Shown piece by piece: positions 44,144 to 54,411 of a DNA stretch of 64,000 nucleotides. Location of the stretch: assembly GCA_965262595.1 (NCBI GenBank), contig OZ253548.1:1051740-1115739 (forward strand). Direction: 5' to 3'. Position 1 is the first letter of the stretch. The number at the start of each line of letters is the position of its first letter. The notes below the pieces were generated by a model, which was not told the origin of the DNA, did not search any database, and saw only the letters and a list, made by a program, of their open reading frames with translations. The position numbers and the translations under genes were made by a program. Source of the stretch: Dehalococcoidia bacterium (lineage in GTDB: Bacteria; Chloroflexota; Dehalococcoidia; Lucifugimonadales; UBA3495).

Positions 44144-45556
44144 TTAGAGGTGGAAAACCACCATCTTCAACTCGGTCATCTCCGCGACGGCATACCCGGG
44201 GCCTTCTTTGCCCATTCCGCTATCCTTGAGGCCGCCATAGGGCATCAGGTCGGCGCGCCATTGGGGATGGGAGTTGATATGCAGATTGCCGGAGTGGACT
44301 TCCTTGGCGAATCGCATAGCCCAGTCCACATTCTGGGTAAAGATACCGGCGGACAGTCCGAACCTGGAATCGTTGGCCATGGCAATCGCCTCGTCAATAT
44401 CGTTAAAGGAACTCACGGCTACCGCCGGCCCGAACAGCTCCTCTCGGGAAATACGCATATCCGGCTTCACGTCGGCCACCACTGTAGGCGCATGGATAGT
44501 GCCCTCTTGATCGCCGCCGGCCACAATCCGGGCGCCCTGTCCCACTGCTTCGCTGATCCACTGACTGACCCGGGAAGCATCAGATTCGCGAATCATCGGC
44601 CCCATCCGGATAGACTCGTCGAGAGGGTCGCCGGTAGCGAAAGCCTCCGTAGGAACCTTAATCGCATCCAGGAAGTCGGCGTAAATCCGCCGGTCGGCCA
44701 ATACCCGCTGGGTGGAAATGCAGACCTGCCCGGCATTGGCGAAGCCGCTGGCTACGGTAGCCGCCGCCACTCTTTCGATGTCGGCGTCGGACATTATAAT
44801 CAACGGGCTGTTTGATCCCAATTCCATCGTCACTTTCTTTATCCCGGCGTTGCGGCAGATACGGTCACCGACTTCCATACTCCCGGTGAAGGTAATCTTG
44901 CGAACCCGAGGGTCGCTGGTGATTGGGTCGCCAATCTCCGCTCCGGAGCCGGTGACACACTGGATAGCTTCCGGGGGCAGTCCGGCTTCCAGCAGTATCT
45001 CCGTTAGCTTCAGACCGGACAGGGGAGTATCCCCGGCGGGCTTGAGAATAACGGCGTTGCCGGCGGCCAGGGCCGGACCAACCTTGTGGCACACCAGGTT
45101 AAGGGGAAAATTGAAGGGGGCAATTGCCGCAACTACGCCCACCGGTACCCGTATGGTGAACCCGAATTGGCCCGAGTAGCCCGGGGCGGCATCGAGCGGA
45201 ACCGTCTCGCCATGCAGCCGCTTGGCTTCCTCAGCGGAGCCGGTAATGGTCTGAATCGCCCGCAGCACTTCGCCCCGTCCTTCGGCGATGACCTTGCCCT
45301 CTTCCATCGTGATGGTTCGGCCCAGGTCTTCGATTCGTTCTGCCATCAGATCCGCGGCGCGGCGCAATATTGCGTACCGTTCATAGGCCGGCAGCTTGGC
45401 AATTACTTCGGCGCCCCTCACTGCGCTGCCGATTGCCCGGTCCACGTCGGCGGCGTTAGCCCGAGGAACCGTATCAATTATCGTTTGGTCAAAAGGATTA
45501 TAGACCGGCATGGTCTCAGCTTTATCCACCCAGTCGCCATTGAGGTACATTTTCAT
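44144..45556 (-). CDS. NAD(P)-dependent aldehyde dehydrogenase
   Basis: FTGSMEVG, ELGSNSP and the catalytic-Cys block NAGQVCIS, plus EELFGPV. Confidence 0.9.
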   Translation of the reverse strand: MKMYLNGDWVDKAETMPVYNPFDQTIIDTVPRANAADVDRAIGSAVRGAEVIAKLPAYERYAILRRAADLMAERIEDLGRTITMEEGKVIAEGRGEVLRAIQTITGSAEEAKRLHGETVPLDAAPGYSGQFGFTIRVPVGVVAAIAPFNFPLNLVCHKVGPALAAGNAVILKPAGDTPLSGLKLTEILLEAGLPPEAIQCVTGSGAEIGDPITSDPRVRKITFTGSMEVGDRICRNAGIKKVTMELGSNSPLIIMSDADIERVAAATVASGFANAGQVCISTQRVLADRRIYADFLDAIKVPTEAFATGDPLDESIRMGPMIRESDASRVSQWISEAVGQGARIVAGGDQEGTIHAPTVVADVKPDMRISREELFGPAVAVSSFNDIDEAIAMANDSRFGLSAGIFTQNVDWAMRFAKEVHSGNLHINSHPQWRADLMPYGGLKDSGMGKEGPGYAVAEMTELKMVVFHL

Positions 45557-45738
45557 GGCTTTTTCTCCTTGCTAGTTAATCCGGGGCGCTGGTCAGGACA
45601 CAAAGCCCCAGGTTGGGTTAAATGCAATAGACGGCATCGCCCTTATATTAGCATATAATCCGGGCGAAGGTATTTTGCGAGGCAGCAGCAGAGGGGGTAG
45701 GTTAACCCGGCGAAAAGCCATTAGCAGGAAGTTTGCCG

Positions 45739-46530
45739 CTATCTACTCAATGCGGTAGCGCGGCCCAAATCGGTGACCGAATAATAGCCGGCGCGGCCCG
45801 GGAGACGCTCCAGCCACCGGAACTTGCTGCGGGCGGAGTTACGCAGGGTATGAACAAAATTAGGGGCCTGCGGCCAGCCGGCCAAATCAAACAACCGGCC
45901 CAAAGCCACAGCGTCCACGCCGTTCATTCCAAGGAAACGACTGGCGCCTTCCGCGGCGACCACAACCCGACGCATATCCCCCAGGGGACTGTGCGCGCGG
46001 CAAAACTCTATAAACGCTTGCTCGGAAGCCGGGTTAATTATCGGGATAACCAACGGTTCCGTGCCGCTAACCGGCCCCAAAGCATCCTGGCCTTCCGTTC
46101 CGTCCGCATCTTCCGGATAGTTATCTTCGCTGACCGTCCGGTCCTTGTCCTCGTCCCCATAAGGCTCAAAGAAGGCGGCAAGCTGGGTGGCGGTAGCAGA
46201 GGTTGCCGTTTCCGGCGCCGTTTCAAACACTGCTGCCGCAATCGGTGCAGTTTGCAGCTTCGATTCAGGAGCAGTTTGATCTGGTTGGTACACAAGTGCG
46301 GCTCTTTCCGCAGGCAGATGGGCGGATTCAGCCTTGCCGTTGGATTCCGCCGGGGAAATCATTATATTGCGGGTAATATCCAACAAGACCATACCCAGAA
46401 TCTTGTCGATGACAGCCGCATCTTCAGATTCCAGGTTAATCTGGGCATTGTTAGGCAGAGTGATCGAAATTTTTAACATATTTAATATGCCCGACGGCCC
46501 GCAGGTATGCTTGATACTCAGATATGACAA
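45739..46530 (-). CDS. Hypothetical protein (small N-domain, acidic low-complexity linker, about 100-aa C-domain)
   Basis: Long ORF directly downstream of uvrC on the same strand. The start is uncertain (TTG at 46530 or ATG at 46479). I recognise no motif. Confidence 0.5.
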   Translation of the reverse strand: MSYLSIKHTCGPSGILNMLKISITLPNNAQINLESEDAAVIDKILGMVLLDITRNIMISPAESNGKAESAHLPAERAALVYQPDQTAPESKLQTAPIAAAVFETAPETATSATATQLAAFFEPYGDEDKDRTVSEDNYPEDADGTEGQDALGPVSGTEPLVIPIINPASEQAFIEFCRAHSPLGDMRRVVVAAEGASRFLGMNGVDAVALGRLFDLAGWPQAPNFVHTLRNSARSKFRWLERLPGRAGYYSVTDLGRATALSR

Positions 46531-46619
46531 CAGCTATGGTACCCGCCCGCCGCCGGGTTATCAAGCTTCGGTTCGTCACCTGGACGCTGTTGCCAGGAGT
46601 TACATGGCGTTTGATTTTA

Positions 46620-48557
46620 TTAAAGAGTCTGCTTTAGCCGCAGAGCCAGCGACCGGGTAAGTCCCGGCACCGACGCAATATCGTCCACCGGCGCATCCTT
46701 GATGCCCTGAACCGAACCAAACCGCCGCAACAGCATCCGCTTCCGTTTGGGACCAATCCCGGTTACCAGGTCAATGGAGGACCGCAGACTGCTCTTGCTA
46801 CGGAGGTTGCGGTGGTAGGTGACCGCGAACCGGTGGGCCTCGTCCCGGATGCGCTGCACCAGGTATAGGCCTTGGGAGTTACGGGGCAGTTCAATCGGCT
46901 CCGAAGTGTGAGGCAGGAACAGCCATTCATTTTCCTTAGCCAACGCCGCCAATGGAAGATCATCCAGGCCCAACTCCAGCAATACCTCCAGCGCCGCCGA
47001 CAGGTGCCCCTTCCCGCCGTCAATGATTACAAGATCGGGAACGATGCTCCACGCAGCGCCGGCCGCGCTCGTCCCGCCGATAGATTTCGCGTTGCCGGTT
47101 GGGCCGCCTTCTTCGACGTCCGCTGATTCCATATCAGGGCCGGACGGGTGCGACTCAGTTCGGGAGTCGGCCAGGCGTTTGAAGCGGCGACGCAGCATTT
47201 CCTGCATACTGGCGTAGTCGTCCACCCCTTCAACGGATTTTATCTGGAACCGGCGGTAATGGGCCGGCTTGGGACGACCGTCCTGAAACACTACCATGCT
47301 GCCCACCACGTTCGTTCCCTGCACGTGGGAGATGTCGTAGCATTCCATCCGCAGCGGCAGGGTTGGCAGGCTCAATTCTTCCTGTAACTCCGCCATTGCC
47401 TGGTGGATAACGCCGGAGTTGTTCAGCCATTTAACCCGGTGCTGCGCCAAACCCTGGACCGCATTCTCCGCCACCACATCCAGCATTTTCTTGTGCTGGC
47501 CGCGCTGGGGACAGGTCAACTTGACAGCGCCGCCGCGCCGTTCCTTCAGCCAGCCGCGAATCAGCTCCCGGTCTTCCGGGGCGTGCTGGAGCATAATTGT
47601 CGGCGGGATGACCAGGGCGGACAGATAGAATTGACGGATAAAGTGGCTCATAACCAATTCGGCGCTGTCATCCTGGGTGCCTTCCATAAAGAAATGGTCG
47701 CGCCCGATTAGCCTCCCCTGCCGAACGAAAAACACCTCTACCCAGGTTTCGTTAGTCCCTTGGGACATAGCGATAATGTCCATATCGCCGCCGGTGTTAG
47801 ACTCCACCTTGGCCTGTTGCTCCTCCACCACCCGGTCGATGCCGCGTATCTGATCGCGCAGGGTGGCGGCGCGCTCAAACTCCAACTCCTCCGAAGCCTG
47901 CTCCATTTTGTGCCGCAGCTCCCGGGTAACCCCGTCCGTGTTGCCTTCCATAAACATGATGACCTGCTGGACTACCTGGGCATAATCTTCCCGGCTGGCC
48001 AAGCCGGAGCAAGGGGCCACGCAGCGGTGAATATAGTACTCCAGGCAGGGGCGGGGGTCATGGCCGGTGATAACCTTGGTACAAGAACGGTAGGGAAACA
48101 ATTTCTTGACCAAATCCATTGTTTGGCGGACGCTGCTGGCGGTAGCGAAGGGTCCGAAATAGCGGGCGCCGTCCTGGGCCACCTGCCGGGTGATGTAAAC
48201 CCGGGGGAAATCCTCGGTAAGGTCAATCTTCAAGTAGGGATAGGTCTTGTCATCCTTGAGGCGAGCATTGAAGTAGGGCTTGTATCGCTTAATGAGGGTG
48301 TTTTCCAGGATCAGCGCTTCCGCCTCGGTGTCGGTGACGATAAACTCAAAATCCGCCAATTGGGCAACCATCTGACGAATCTTGGGCGGAAGGCCGGCCG
48401 GGGAGCCGAAGTAAGTCCGGAGCCGGTGGCGCAAAATACTGGCCTTGCCAACATACAAAACCTCATCCTGGGCGTCCCGCATAATATAGACGCCCGGCTT
48501 TTCAGGGGTAATTCTGAGGCGGTGTTCAAACAAGGCCTTGGCCATCTCTTTAACCAA
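46620..48557 (-). CDS. uvrC: Excinuclease ABC subunit C
   Basis: GIY-YIG (PGVYIMRD…VLYVGKA), a UVR domain, the Endo V-like domain and C-terminal (HhH)2. The start is probably the ATG at 48545. Confidence 0.95.
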   Translation of the reverse strand: MVKEMAKALFEHRLRITPEKPGVYIMRDAQDEVLYVGKASILRHRLRTYFGSPAGLPPKIRQMVAQLADFEFIVTDTEAEALILENTLIKRYKPYFNARLKDDKTYPYLKIDLTEDFPRVYITRQVAQDGARYFGPFATASSVRQTMDLVKKLFPYRSCTKVITGHDPRPCLEYYIHRCVAPCSGLASREDYAQVVQQVIMFMEGNTDGVTRELRHKMEQASEELEFERAATLRDQIRGIDRVVEEQQAKVESNTGGDMDIIAMSQGTNETWVEVFFVRQGRLIGRDHFFMEGTQDDSAELVMSHFIRQFYLSALVIPPTIMLQHAPEDRELIRGWLKERRGGAVKLTCPQRGQHKKMLDVVAENAVQGLAQHRVKWLNNSGVIHQAMAELQEELSLPTLPLRMECYDISHVQGTNVVGSMVVFQDGRPKPAHYRRFQIKSVEGVDDYASMQEMLRRRFKRLADSRTESHPSGPDMESADVEEGGPTGNAKSIGGTSAAGAAWSIVPDLVIIDGGKGHLSAALEVLLELGLDDLPLAALAKENEWLFLPHTSEPIELPRNSQGLYLVQRIRDEAHRFAVTYHRNLRSKSSLRSSIDLVTGIGPKRKRMLLRRFGSVQGIKDAPVDDIASVPGLTRSLALRLKQTL

Positions 48558-48687
48558 CCAACCGGGTGGATAACCGAAGAAGAAGAACCGTCACCCGGCA
48601 ACCTGCTTCCTACCGAGGGTAATCAAGAGGTCAATATCAGAAGCCCAACGGCAAGGGCGTTCCTCATTCCGGATTGCCGGGCCCGGC

Positions 48688-49071
48688 CTACAGTACCACG
48701 GCCAGACCAACCAGAACAATGAGCAAGACCCCGACCAAAATGAGGATACGCCGCAACTCCGAACTTAAGTGGGAATAAGCCTGATCGGTCCGGGCCTGGC
48801 CCTGGGTGGCGCGGGCGCCAACACGGGGGCGAAAACGACCCGGAGCCGGAGCCGGAGTCGGAGCCGCGGCCGTTGCGGATTGAGTAGGGTTAGCGGTTTG
48901 ACCAACGACTGCTGCCTGAGGGGTCGGGGAGACCGGGTCAGCCTCCTGCGTATTCACTTCAGCTACATCGACCGAGGAGCCAGGAATTGAGCCGGCGCCA
49001 CGGCCCTGCTGCCGCCTTCGCCGACCGAGTTGAGCTTGTCGCGACGCCACCCGACGACCTTTAGCTGGCAT
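48688..49071 (-). CDS. Hypothetical tail-anchored protein (Arg-rich N-terminus, Pro/Ala-rich middle, C-terminal TM helix)
   Basis: AGGAGG lies 9 nt upstream of the ATG. The C-terminus is ILILVGVLLIVLVGLAVVL. Confidence 0.55.
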   Translation of the reverse strand: MPAKGRRVASRQAQLGRRRRQQGRGAGSIPGSSVDVAEVNTQEADPVSPTPQAAVVGQTANPTQSATAAAPTPAPAPGRFRPRVGARATQGQARTDQAYSHLSSELRRILILVGVLLIVLVGLAVVL

Positions 49072-49360
49072 GGTGACGTACCTCCTAATTCTTAGTAAAC
49101 AGCGCAGTTACCGGCGCCTAAAGTATTTTCGCCCGCTTCCCGAACATCAAATGGAAGCCACGGGAAGCCGGGCGCATTAACCAACAAAATAGTCAATAGG
49201 CTCTAAAGTTCAGCCCATACACCGCGTTCATTATCCACCATACGGGCAATCTAACGCAAATGGGGCGTCGGGAGATGAATCCCCCAACGCCCCCCTGATC
49301 GCGCTGCCAGATACGGTCAACTTCCGGTCATTAATCTTCCAACGAACGGCCAAAGAAGAG

Positions 49361-50278
49361 CTATACGGCCCTGGGATGGCTTTTTTCGTATTCCTTCCGC
49401 AGGTGTCCATTAGTCAGGTGCGTATATACTTGAGTGGTAGAGATACTGGAGTGGCCCAGAAGTTCCTGCACGTGGCGCAAGGAGGCTCCTTTCTGCAGCA
49501 GGTGGGTGGCGAAGCTGTGCCGGAGGGTGTGGGGCGTTATTTTCTGGTCGATACCCGCCCTTTTGCTGTAGGTCTTCATAATGTTCCAAATCCATTGGCG
49601 GGTCAGGCGCTCACCCCGGTGGTTCACAAACAACGCCGTTTCTTCCTTGTTTGACCGCACCAATTCTGACCGGGCGTTCTCAATGTAATTCTTCAATCCG
49701 CTCAACGCTCGCTCGTGAGCGTAAACGATGCGTTCCTTCGAGCCTTTTCCCCAGCAGCGAATGTAGGACTCTTGAAAGTCAATGTCCTGGATATTGAGGG
49801 AAACCAATTCGCTGACCCGCAATCCGGTAGCGTAGAGCAGCTCCAGAATGTTGGCGTCCCGCCGGCTTTCCGCATTTCCCGGTTTGGCGGCTTCTTCCAG
49901 GAGCAGGGATACCTCTTCCTCAGACAAATACTTGGGCAAGGAGCGGCCGACCCTGGGCGATCCCAGGGACTCGGTGGGCGGTTCTTCAATGTCGCCATTC
50001 TGGGCCAGGAAAGTGAAGAAGGACTTGAGGGCAGCCACCTTGCGCGCCGTAGTGGTGTCCCGGTAGCCGCGGCGCCCACGCAGGTCGGCAATGTAATCGT
50101 TAAGCAGGTCCAAATCCACCAGGCGCCAGACGTCATCCCGCTCCGACGCCCCATTGAGCCGGCCGTGAACAAACTCCGTAAACTGGCTGAGGTCGTTGCG
50201 GTAGGCCTCTAAAGTATTTTGCGATAACCCCTTCTCTACTACCAAGTGTTGCAAGAATCCGTCTATTGCCTTGTCCAT
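49361..50278 (-). CDS. xerD: Site-specific tyrosine recombinase XerD/XerC
   Basis: …FLQHLVVEKGLSQNTLEAYRNDLSQF…, ATGLRVSELV, HTLRHSFATHLL and LGHSSISTTQVYTH. Start set at the ATG at 50278 (AAGGGGA RBS) rather than 50491. Confidence 0.9.
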   Translation of the reverse strand: MDKAIDGFLQHLVVEKGLSQNTLEAYRNDLSQFTEFVHGRLNGASERDDVWRLVDLDLLNDYIADLRGRRGYRDTTTARKVAALKSFFTFLAQNGDIEEPPTESLGSPRVGRSLPKYLSEEEVSLLLEEAAKPGNAESRRDANILELLYATGLRVSELVSLNIQDIDFQESYIRCWGKGSKERIVYAHERALSGLKNYIENARSELVRSNKEETALFVNHRGERLTRQWIWNIMKTYSKRAGIDQKITPHTLRHSFATHLLQKGASLRHVQELLGHSSISTTQVYTHLTNGHLRKEYEKSHPRAV

Positions 50279-50716
50279 AGCGCGTTTCCCCTTTATCGAT
50301 AACCGACCTGCACCTGGATACGGTCCGGTTAGTATGCTCTCCTCGTTTACCTGAGGATGCCGGGATTCTAGCACGGGCCCGAAAAACTTCCCGCTACCAA
50401 GTCTCAACCGATTACGAGCATTCCGGGGGCCTACCTTTCCCGGCGAGAGGGAAGAGCGGCGAGCAGTCTCTTCCAGGCCGGTCATTGCCATGGCCGTGGG
50501 TCTGGCTGAAAACCGCGATTGGGGCTATTGTCCAAAGGAACAACTTTGCACTACCGGGAGAATGTTGGATAATGCTTTTATGGGTAGAGTTAAGTCTCGT
50601 GGTGGCATCCTACCGCAGGAAGCTCCGGCTAATTTTGAGCCCGGTAATTACCTGATTCGCTCCCGACCGGAAAAGGCCAAGGCCGAATACCTCTCGGCAT
50701 CCGGCAGGAACCAGGA

Positions 50717-52246
50717 ATGAGACAGCTCAGAAACTCCCGAGGAGTCGCATTGGCCCGCCGCAACGATGACGGGCGCCTTCGACGCGATTTAGGCAAAAGG
50801 GGCATTGCGGCCGCAATCAATAAAGGTGTTGAGATTAAGCTGCTGCCGAAACTTAGTTCAATTCCCGCCAGGTTCGTTGCAAAAGGGACATCAACTGTTT
50901 CGTTGGCTTTGGCAGTGGTACTTATTTCCGCCGCTCTGGCCGCCTTTCCGCTCTATACGGCATACGGGAACTCTTTCGAAATCACCGAAAACCGGACGGA
51001 AATAGACTTCCCCGACGGCATTACTTTTTATTTGAAGGCCGAGGCCGAGTTTAACATCGTAAGTGTGGCCCTGTTCTACCGCCTGGCCAATGCCCGGGCC
51101 TGGAATTACGACTATCCCGATTTTACAGCCGGTCGCCAGATCTCCCTTGATGCTCGGGTCTCCACCACCGCACAAAACTACCTGCCGCCGGGGGTTCAAA
51201 TCGAGTACTATTTCTCCCTGGAAGATACTCTCGGCAATCGGCAAGTAACTCCGGTGCAGGTTGTAGAATATATCGATAACCGTTTTGAATGGGAGACTAC
51301 CAGAATGGGGACGCTGCTGCTGTATCACCATGACGTCGCCCATTCCGTAATTAGCGGGTTGGCCGAGGAGGTCGAAGACGGGGTGGAAATGGTGGGCCTC
51401 CGGCTTCAATTGGACCTGGAAACTGAGCAGCCAATCAGGGGTTTCATTTACAACAACCCAGCGGAGGCAAGACAAGCGTTTCCACATTTGAGCCGGACTA
51501 CCACGGAGCGGCAGGTATTTCACGGCTTCGCTTTTCCGGCGCATCAAGTATTCGTCGGCATTGGCCCCAACTCCGACGTCGTCGTCCACGAATCGGCTCA
51601 CCTGCTGCTTCACCAGGCGATGGGAGCGCCGGACGGGGCTTCGCCGAATTTGGCTAATATCCCTGCCTGGCTGAACGAAGGATTTGCCAGCTATAGCGAA
51701 CCGGATTCCGACCCATACAGTGGCAAGACCCTCAGCGGGTACCACCTGACCCTCAAGGCAATGGCCGCCGTGCCCGGAGTTCCGGAGGCCGTACCCGGCT
51801 TTTATGCCAAGTCCGAAAGTATTGTAGCTTACCTCATTGAGGAACACGGGATTGCCAAATTCCGGCAATATCTCCGGGCGCAGCGCCAGGGCCTGACGGC
51901 CGACGCAGCCATGGCATCAGTTTACGGTTTTGACTTGGAAATACTGGATGAAACCTGGGCAAGCAGTGAGCGAGGAAGAACCATTCAGTCCCCGGCAAGG
52001 GAGGTTTCCGGAAGGCTGAATCCTCTGGTATATCTTGATGTCTGGCTGTTCGGCGGGCTGATTCTCCTGGTTATGGCGACGGTTACTTCGCGCTTCCTAT
52101 GGCGTAAACTACATCGGGTTGAACCGGAGGAAGAAGGGCTGCAACCATGGGAAGACCCAGACTTAGACTTCTATGTTGATGACTGGGGTGATGACTGGGG
52201 TGATGACCGGGATGACGCCCCGCATGACGATCGGCACAACCCATAA
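50717..52246 (+). CDS. Membrane-anchored MA-clan (HExxH…E) metallopeptidase-like protein with an acidic repeat tail
   Basis: N-terminal TM helix, VVHESAHLLLHQ followed by WLNEGFASYSE, a C-terminal TM helix, and the tail DDWGDDWGDDRDDAPHDDRHNP. Confidence 0.65.
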   Translation: MRQLRNSRGVALARRNDDGRLRRDLGKRGIAAAINKGVEIKLLPKLSSIPARFVAKGTSTVSLALAVVLISAALAAFPLYTAYGNSFEITENRTEIDFPDGITFYLKAEAEFNIVSVALFYRLANARAWNYDYPDFTAGRQISLDARVSTTAQNYLPPGVQIEYYFSLEDTLGNRQVTPVQVVEYIDNRFEWETTRMGTLLLYHHDVAHSVISGLAEEVEDGVEMVGLRLQLDLETEQPIRGFIYNNPAEARQAFPHLSRTTTERQVFHGFAFPAHQVFVGIGPNSDVVVHESAHLLLHQAMGAPDGASPNLANIPAWLNEGFASYSEPDSDPYSGKTLSGYHLTLKAMAAVPGVPEAVPGFYAKSESIVAYLIEEHGIAKFRQYLRAQRQGLTADAAMASVYGFDLEILDETWASSERGRTIQSPAREVSGRLNPLVYLDVWLFGGLILLVMATVTSRFLWRKLHRVEPEEEGLQPWEDPDLDFYVDDWGDDWGDDRDDAPHDDRHNP

Positions 52247-52283
52247 ATCAATACAAACTTGGGGTCGCACCCTGCAAGTTTCC

Positions 52284-52331
52284 TGGTTTCCAAAATGGTT
52301 TCCAAACTGGTTTCCTGTGTGGATTTCGACG
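52284..52331. repeat. Four phased 12-bp direct repeats (TGGTTTCCAAAA-like)
   Basis: TGGTTTCCAAAA TGGTTTCCAAAC TGGTTTCCTGTG TGGATTTCGACG, in the spacer between the peptidase gene and the RraA-like gene. Confidence 0.9.
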
Positions 52332-52599
52332 CAGATTGGAGTAGAGGTTCAGATAATTCCGGCTGCCGGGTTTGAAAATGCCTTAAACTCCCAGATGCGA
52401 GGATTTGAGATTTCCGCCCGAAATTGGTATAAACCTACCTGGGTGTTGGTTTAAAGAAATATCGGGAACGATAGCTTCGTGAGTCAAACATCCCGCGAGA
52501 CGGTTATCAGCTTGAGCTTGAATACCGAATCCGGCCGACGCCGATGCCTCAACTAAAGTAGCTGTCATTTAAAACCCATCAAATTTTGGAGGTTTTTCC

Positions 52600-53286
52600 G
52601 TGTACCAAAGTATTAGCAAAGAGACTATCGCCGCCCTGGGTAAAATAGACACTCCCAGCATCTGTAACGCCATCGAAGGCTTTAACGTGCGCCCCAAGAA
52701 CGAAGGGTTCATGCTCCCCGAAATTAAAGGGGTATTTCGAACCTTGCCCCCGGCCGTCGGCTATGCCGTTACCGGGGTCATCAGCGCCAACCAACCGGAA
52801 GGCCGCAACGTTTCCCGGGAGGACTGGTGGGACTTGATTGCGTCGGTGCCCGCACCCCGCTTCATTGTCCTGCATGACATTGACAACCCACCCTTGGGCG
52901 CCTATTGGGGCGAGGTTCAGGGTAACATTCACAGGGCCCTGGGCGCGGTGGGCGTAGCTACCGACGGCACGGTCCGGGACATTGACGAAGTCGAAGAACT
53001 GGGCTTCCAATTCTTTGCGAAGGAAGTCTCCGCCTCCCACGCATTTGTCCATTTGGTGGAAATCGGCATCCCGGTGACCGTGGGTGGCCTGGCCGTCAAT
53101 ACCGGCGATCTACTGCACGGCGACAAGCACGGTGTCACGAACATTCCCTTTGATATCGCCGAGCAGATCCCCGCTATGGTGCAGACCATCGCCGACTACG
53201 AGCAGCAGACCATTGGCCTGTGCCAGTCGTCCGACTTCACCCTGGAAAAATTGAAGGAAGTAGCCAAAATAACCCGGCCATACTAA
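52600..53286 (+). CDS. RraA-family protein (RraA / HMG-CHA aldolase-like)
   Basis: 228 aa with the pattern …TPSICNAIEG… and GAYWGEVQ…GVATDGTVRD. GTG start behind GGAGG. Confidence 0.7.
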   Translation: MYQSISKETIAALGKIDTPSICNAIEGFNVRPKNEGFMLPEIKGVFRTLPPAVGYAVTGVISANQPEGRNVSREDWWDLIASVPAPRFIVLHDIDNPPLGAYWGEVQGNIHRALGAVGVATDGTVRDIDEVEELGFQFFAKEVSASHAFVHLVEIGIPVTVGGLAVNTGDLLHGDKHGVTNIPFDIAEQIPAMVQTIADYEQQTIGLCQSSDFTLEKLKEVAKITRPY

Positions 53287-53574
53287 GCTCCGCAGACCCT
53301 GGCCGGCAGACCGGAAAACCGGAACACCGGAACGCCTGGGAGCCGGGTGGTCCCGAGAAGCCTTCCCTTGAGGAACCTGGCGCAGCTCATTCTCGGAACC
53401 ACCCGGCGAAACTACCGGCCCATCCGGAAATAACTCCGCCGAGAAACAACACGGCTCTTTCGGAACTTTCCGACAGGCAAACCGGATAAAGTAGATTCAG
53501 CCTACTTTTACTTACCATTGGAATCGGGGCGGCAAGGCAACCGGGATTTTGAAACAAGGAGTTAAGGAAAATCG

Positions 53575-54345
53575 ATGAAAGTTGGAATAATCTTTAAGTA
53601 TTTTCTCAGCTTATCGCTAATTGCGCTATTGCTGGCAGCTTGCGCCCTGCCCTCACCTTCGGCTACCCCACGAGTAATCCCCGACGTGATACCTACACCG
53701 CGCATCGCGGATACGCCTACGCCCGCCGTTATTGGCGACCCGCCCACGGTGAACATCGCGGATACGCCCACGCCGCCGGTTATTGGCACGCCCACACCCC
53801 AAAGCTTGCAGACCCAAAGCGGCCAGTTAATCCGGCAATATGCCCAACCTCCTGCAATGACTATCGACCCGGATGCCCAATACACCGCGGACATTCAGAC
53901 CAACCAGGGAGCGATATCGGTGGAACTTTTCGCCGACAAGGCGCCGATTACCGTCAATAACTTCGTTTTCCTGGCCCGTCAGAGCTTTTACGACGGCGTC
54001 TTATTCCACCGGGTCATCCCCAACTTTATGATCCAGGGCGGCGATCCCACCGGGACCGGCGGCGGCGGGCCGGGGTATCGATTCGGGAACGAGATTGTTC
54101 CGTCCTTAACTTTTGACCGCGCCGGCCTGTTGGCAATGGCCAACGCCGGGCCGGGCACCAATGGCAGCCAGTTCTTCATCACCGTAGCGCCCACGCCGCA
54201 CCTTACCGGCGCGCATACCATCTTCGGCCAGGTAATTGCCGGCCAGGAAGTAGCAGACGCTATCGCAGTCGCCCGCAGCGACCAAAGCAGCCGGCCCAAT
54301 GAGGAAGTAATCATCCAGCACATCGAGATCAAGGAACCCAACTAA
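53575..54345 (+). CDS. Cyclophilin-type peptidyl-prolyl cis-trans isomerase, lipoprotein
   Basis: Lipobox LLAAC, a Pro/Thr-rich linker, then FHRVIPNFMIQGGDPTGTGGGGPGY and GSQFFIT. Confidence 0.9.
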   Translation: MKVGIIFKYFLSLSLIALLLAACALPSPSATPRVIPDVIPTPRIADTPTPAVIGDPPTVNIADTPTPPVIGTPTPQSLQTQSGQLIRQYAQPPAMTIDPDAQYTADIQTNQGAISVELFADKAPITVNNFVFLARQSFYDGVLFHRVIPNFMIQGGDPTGTGGGGPGYRFGNEIVPSLTFDRAGLLAMANAGPGTNGSQFFITVAPTPHLTGAHTIFGQVIAGQEVADAIAVARSDQSSRPNEEVIIQHIEIKEPN

Positions 54346-54411
54346 CCCAAAGCAGACATTTGCAGCAATAATTTCCGGGTCTAATGGTCTGGCAAAGAAG
54401 GGGAAATTGCC

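Noticed and set aside
50279-50491. N-terminal extensions given by the ORF track for xerD (71 aa), the 3-hydroxyacid dehydrogenase (59004-59180), the cyclase (36121-36168), the MFS transporter (6975-7082), DinB (18152-18223) and amidase 1 (30474-30485).
   Set aside because: In each case an internal ATG aligns with the family-typical N-terminus and has a better-placed purine-rich RBS. The extensions are Arg/Pro-rich or repeat-derived.
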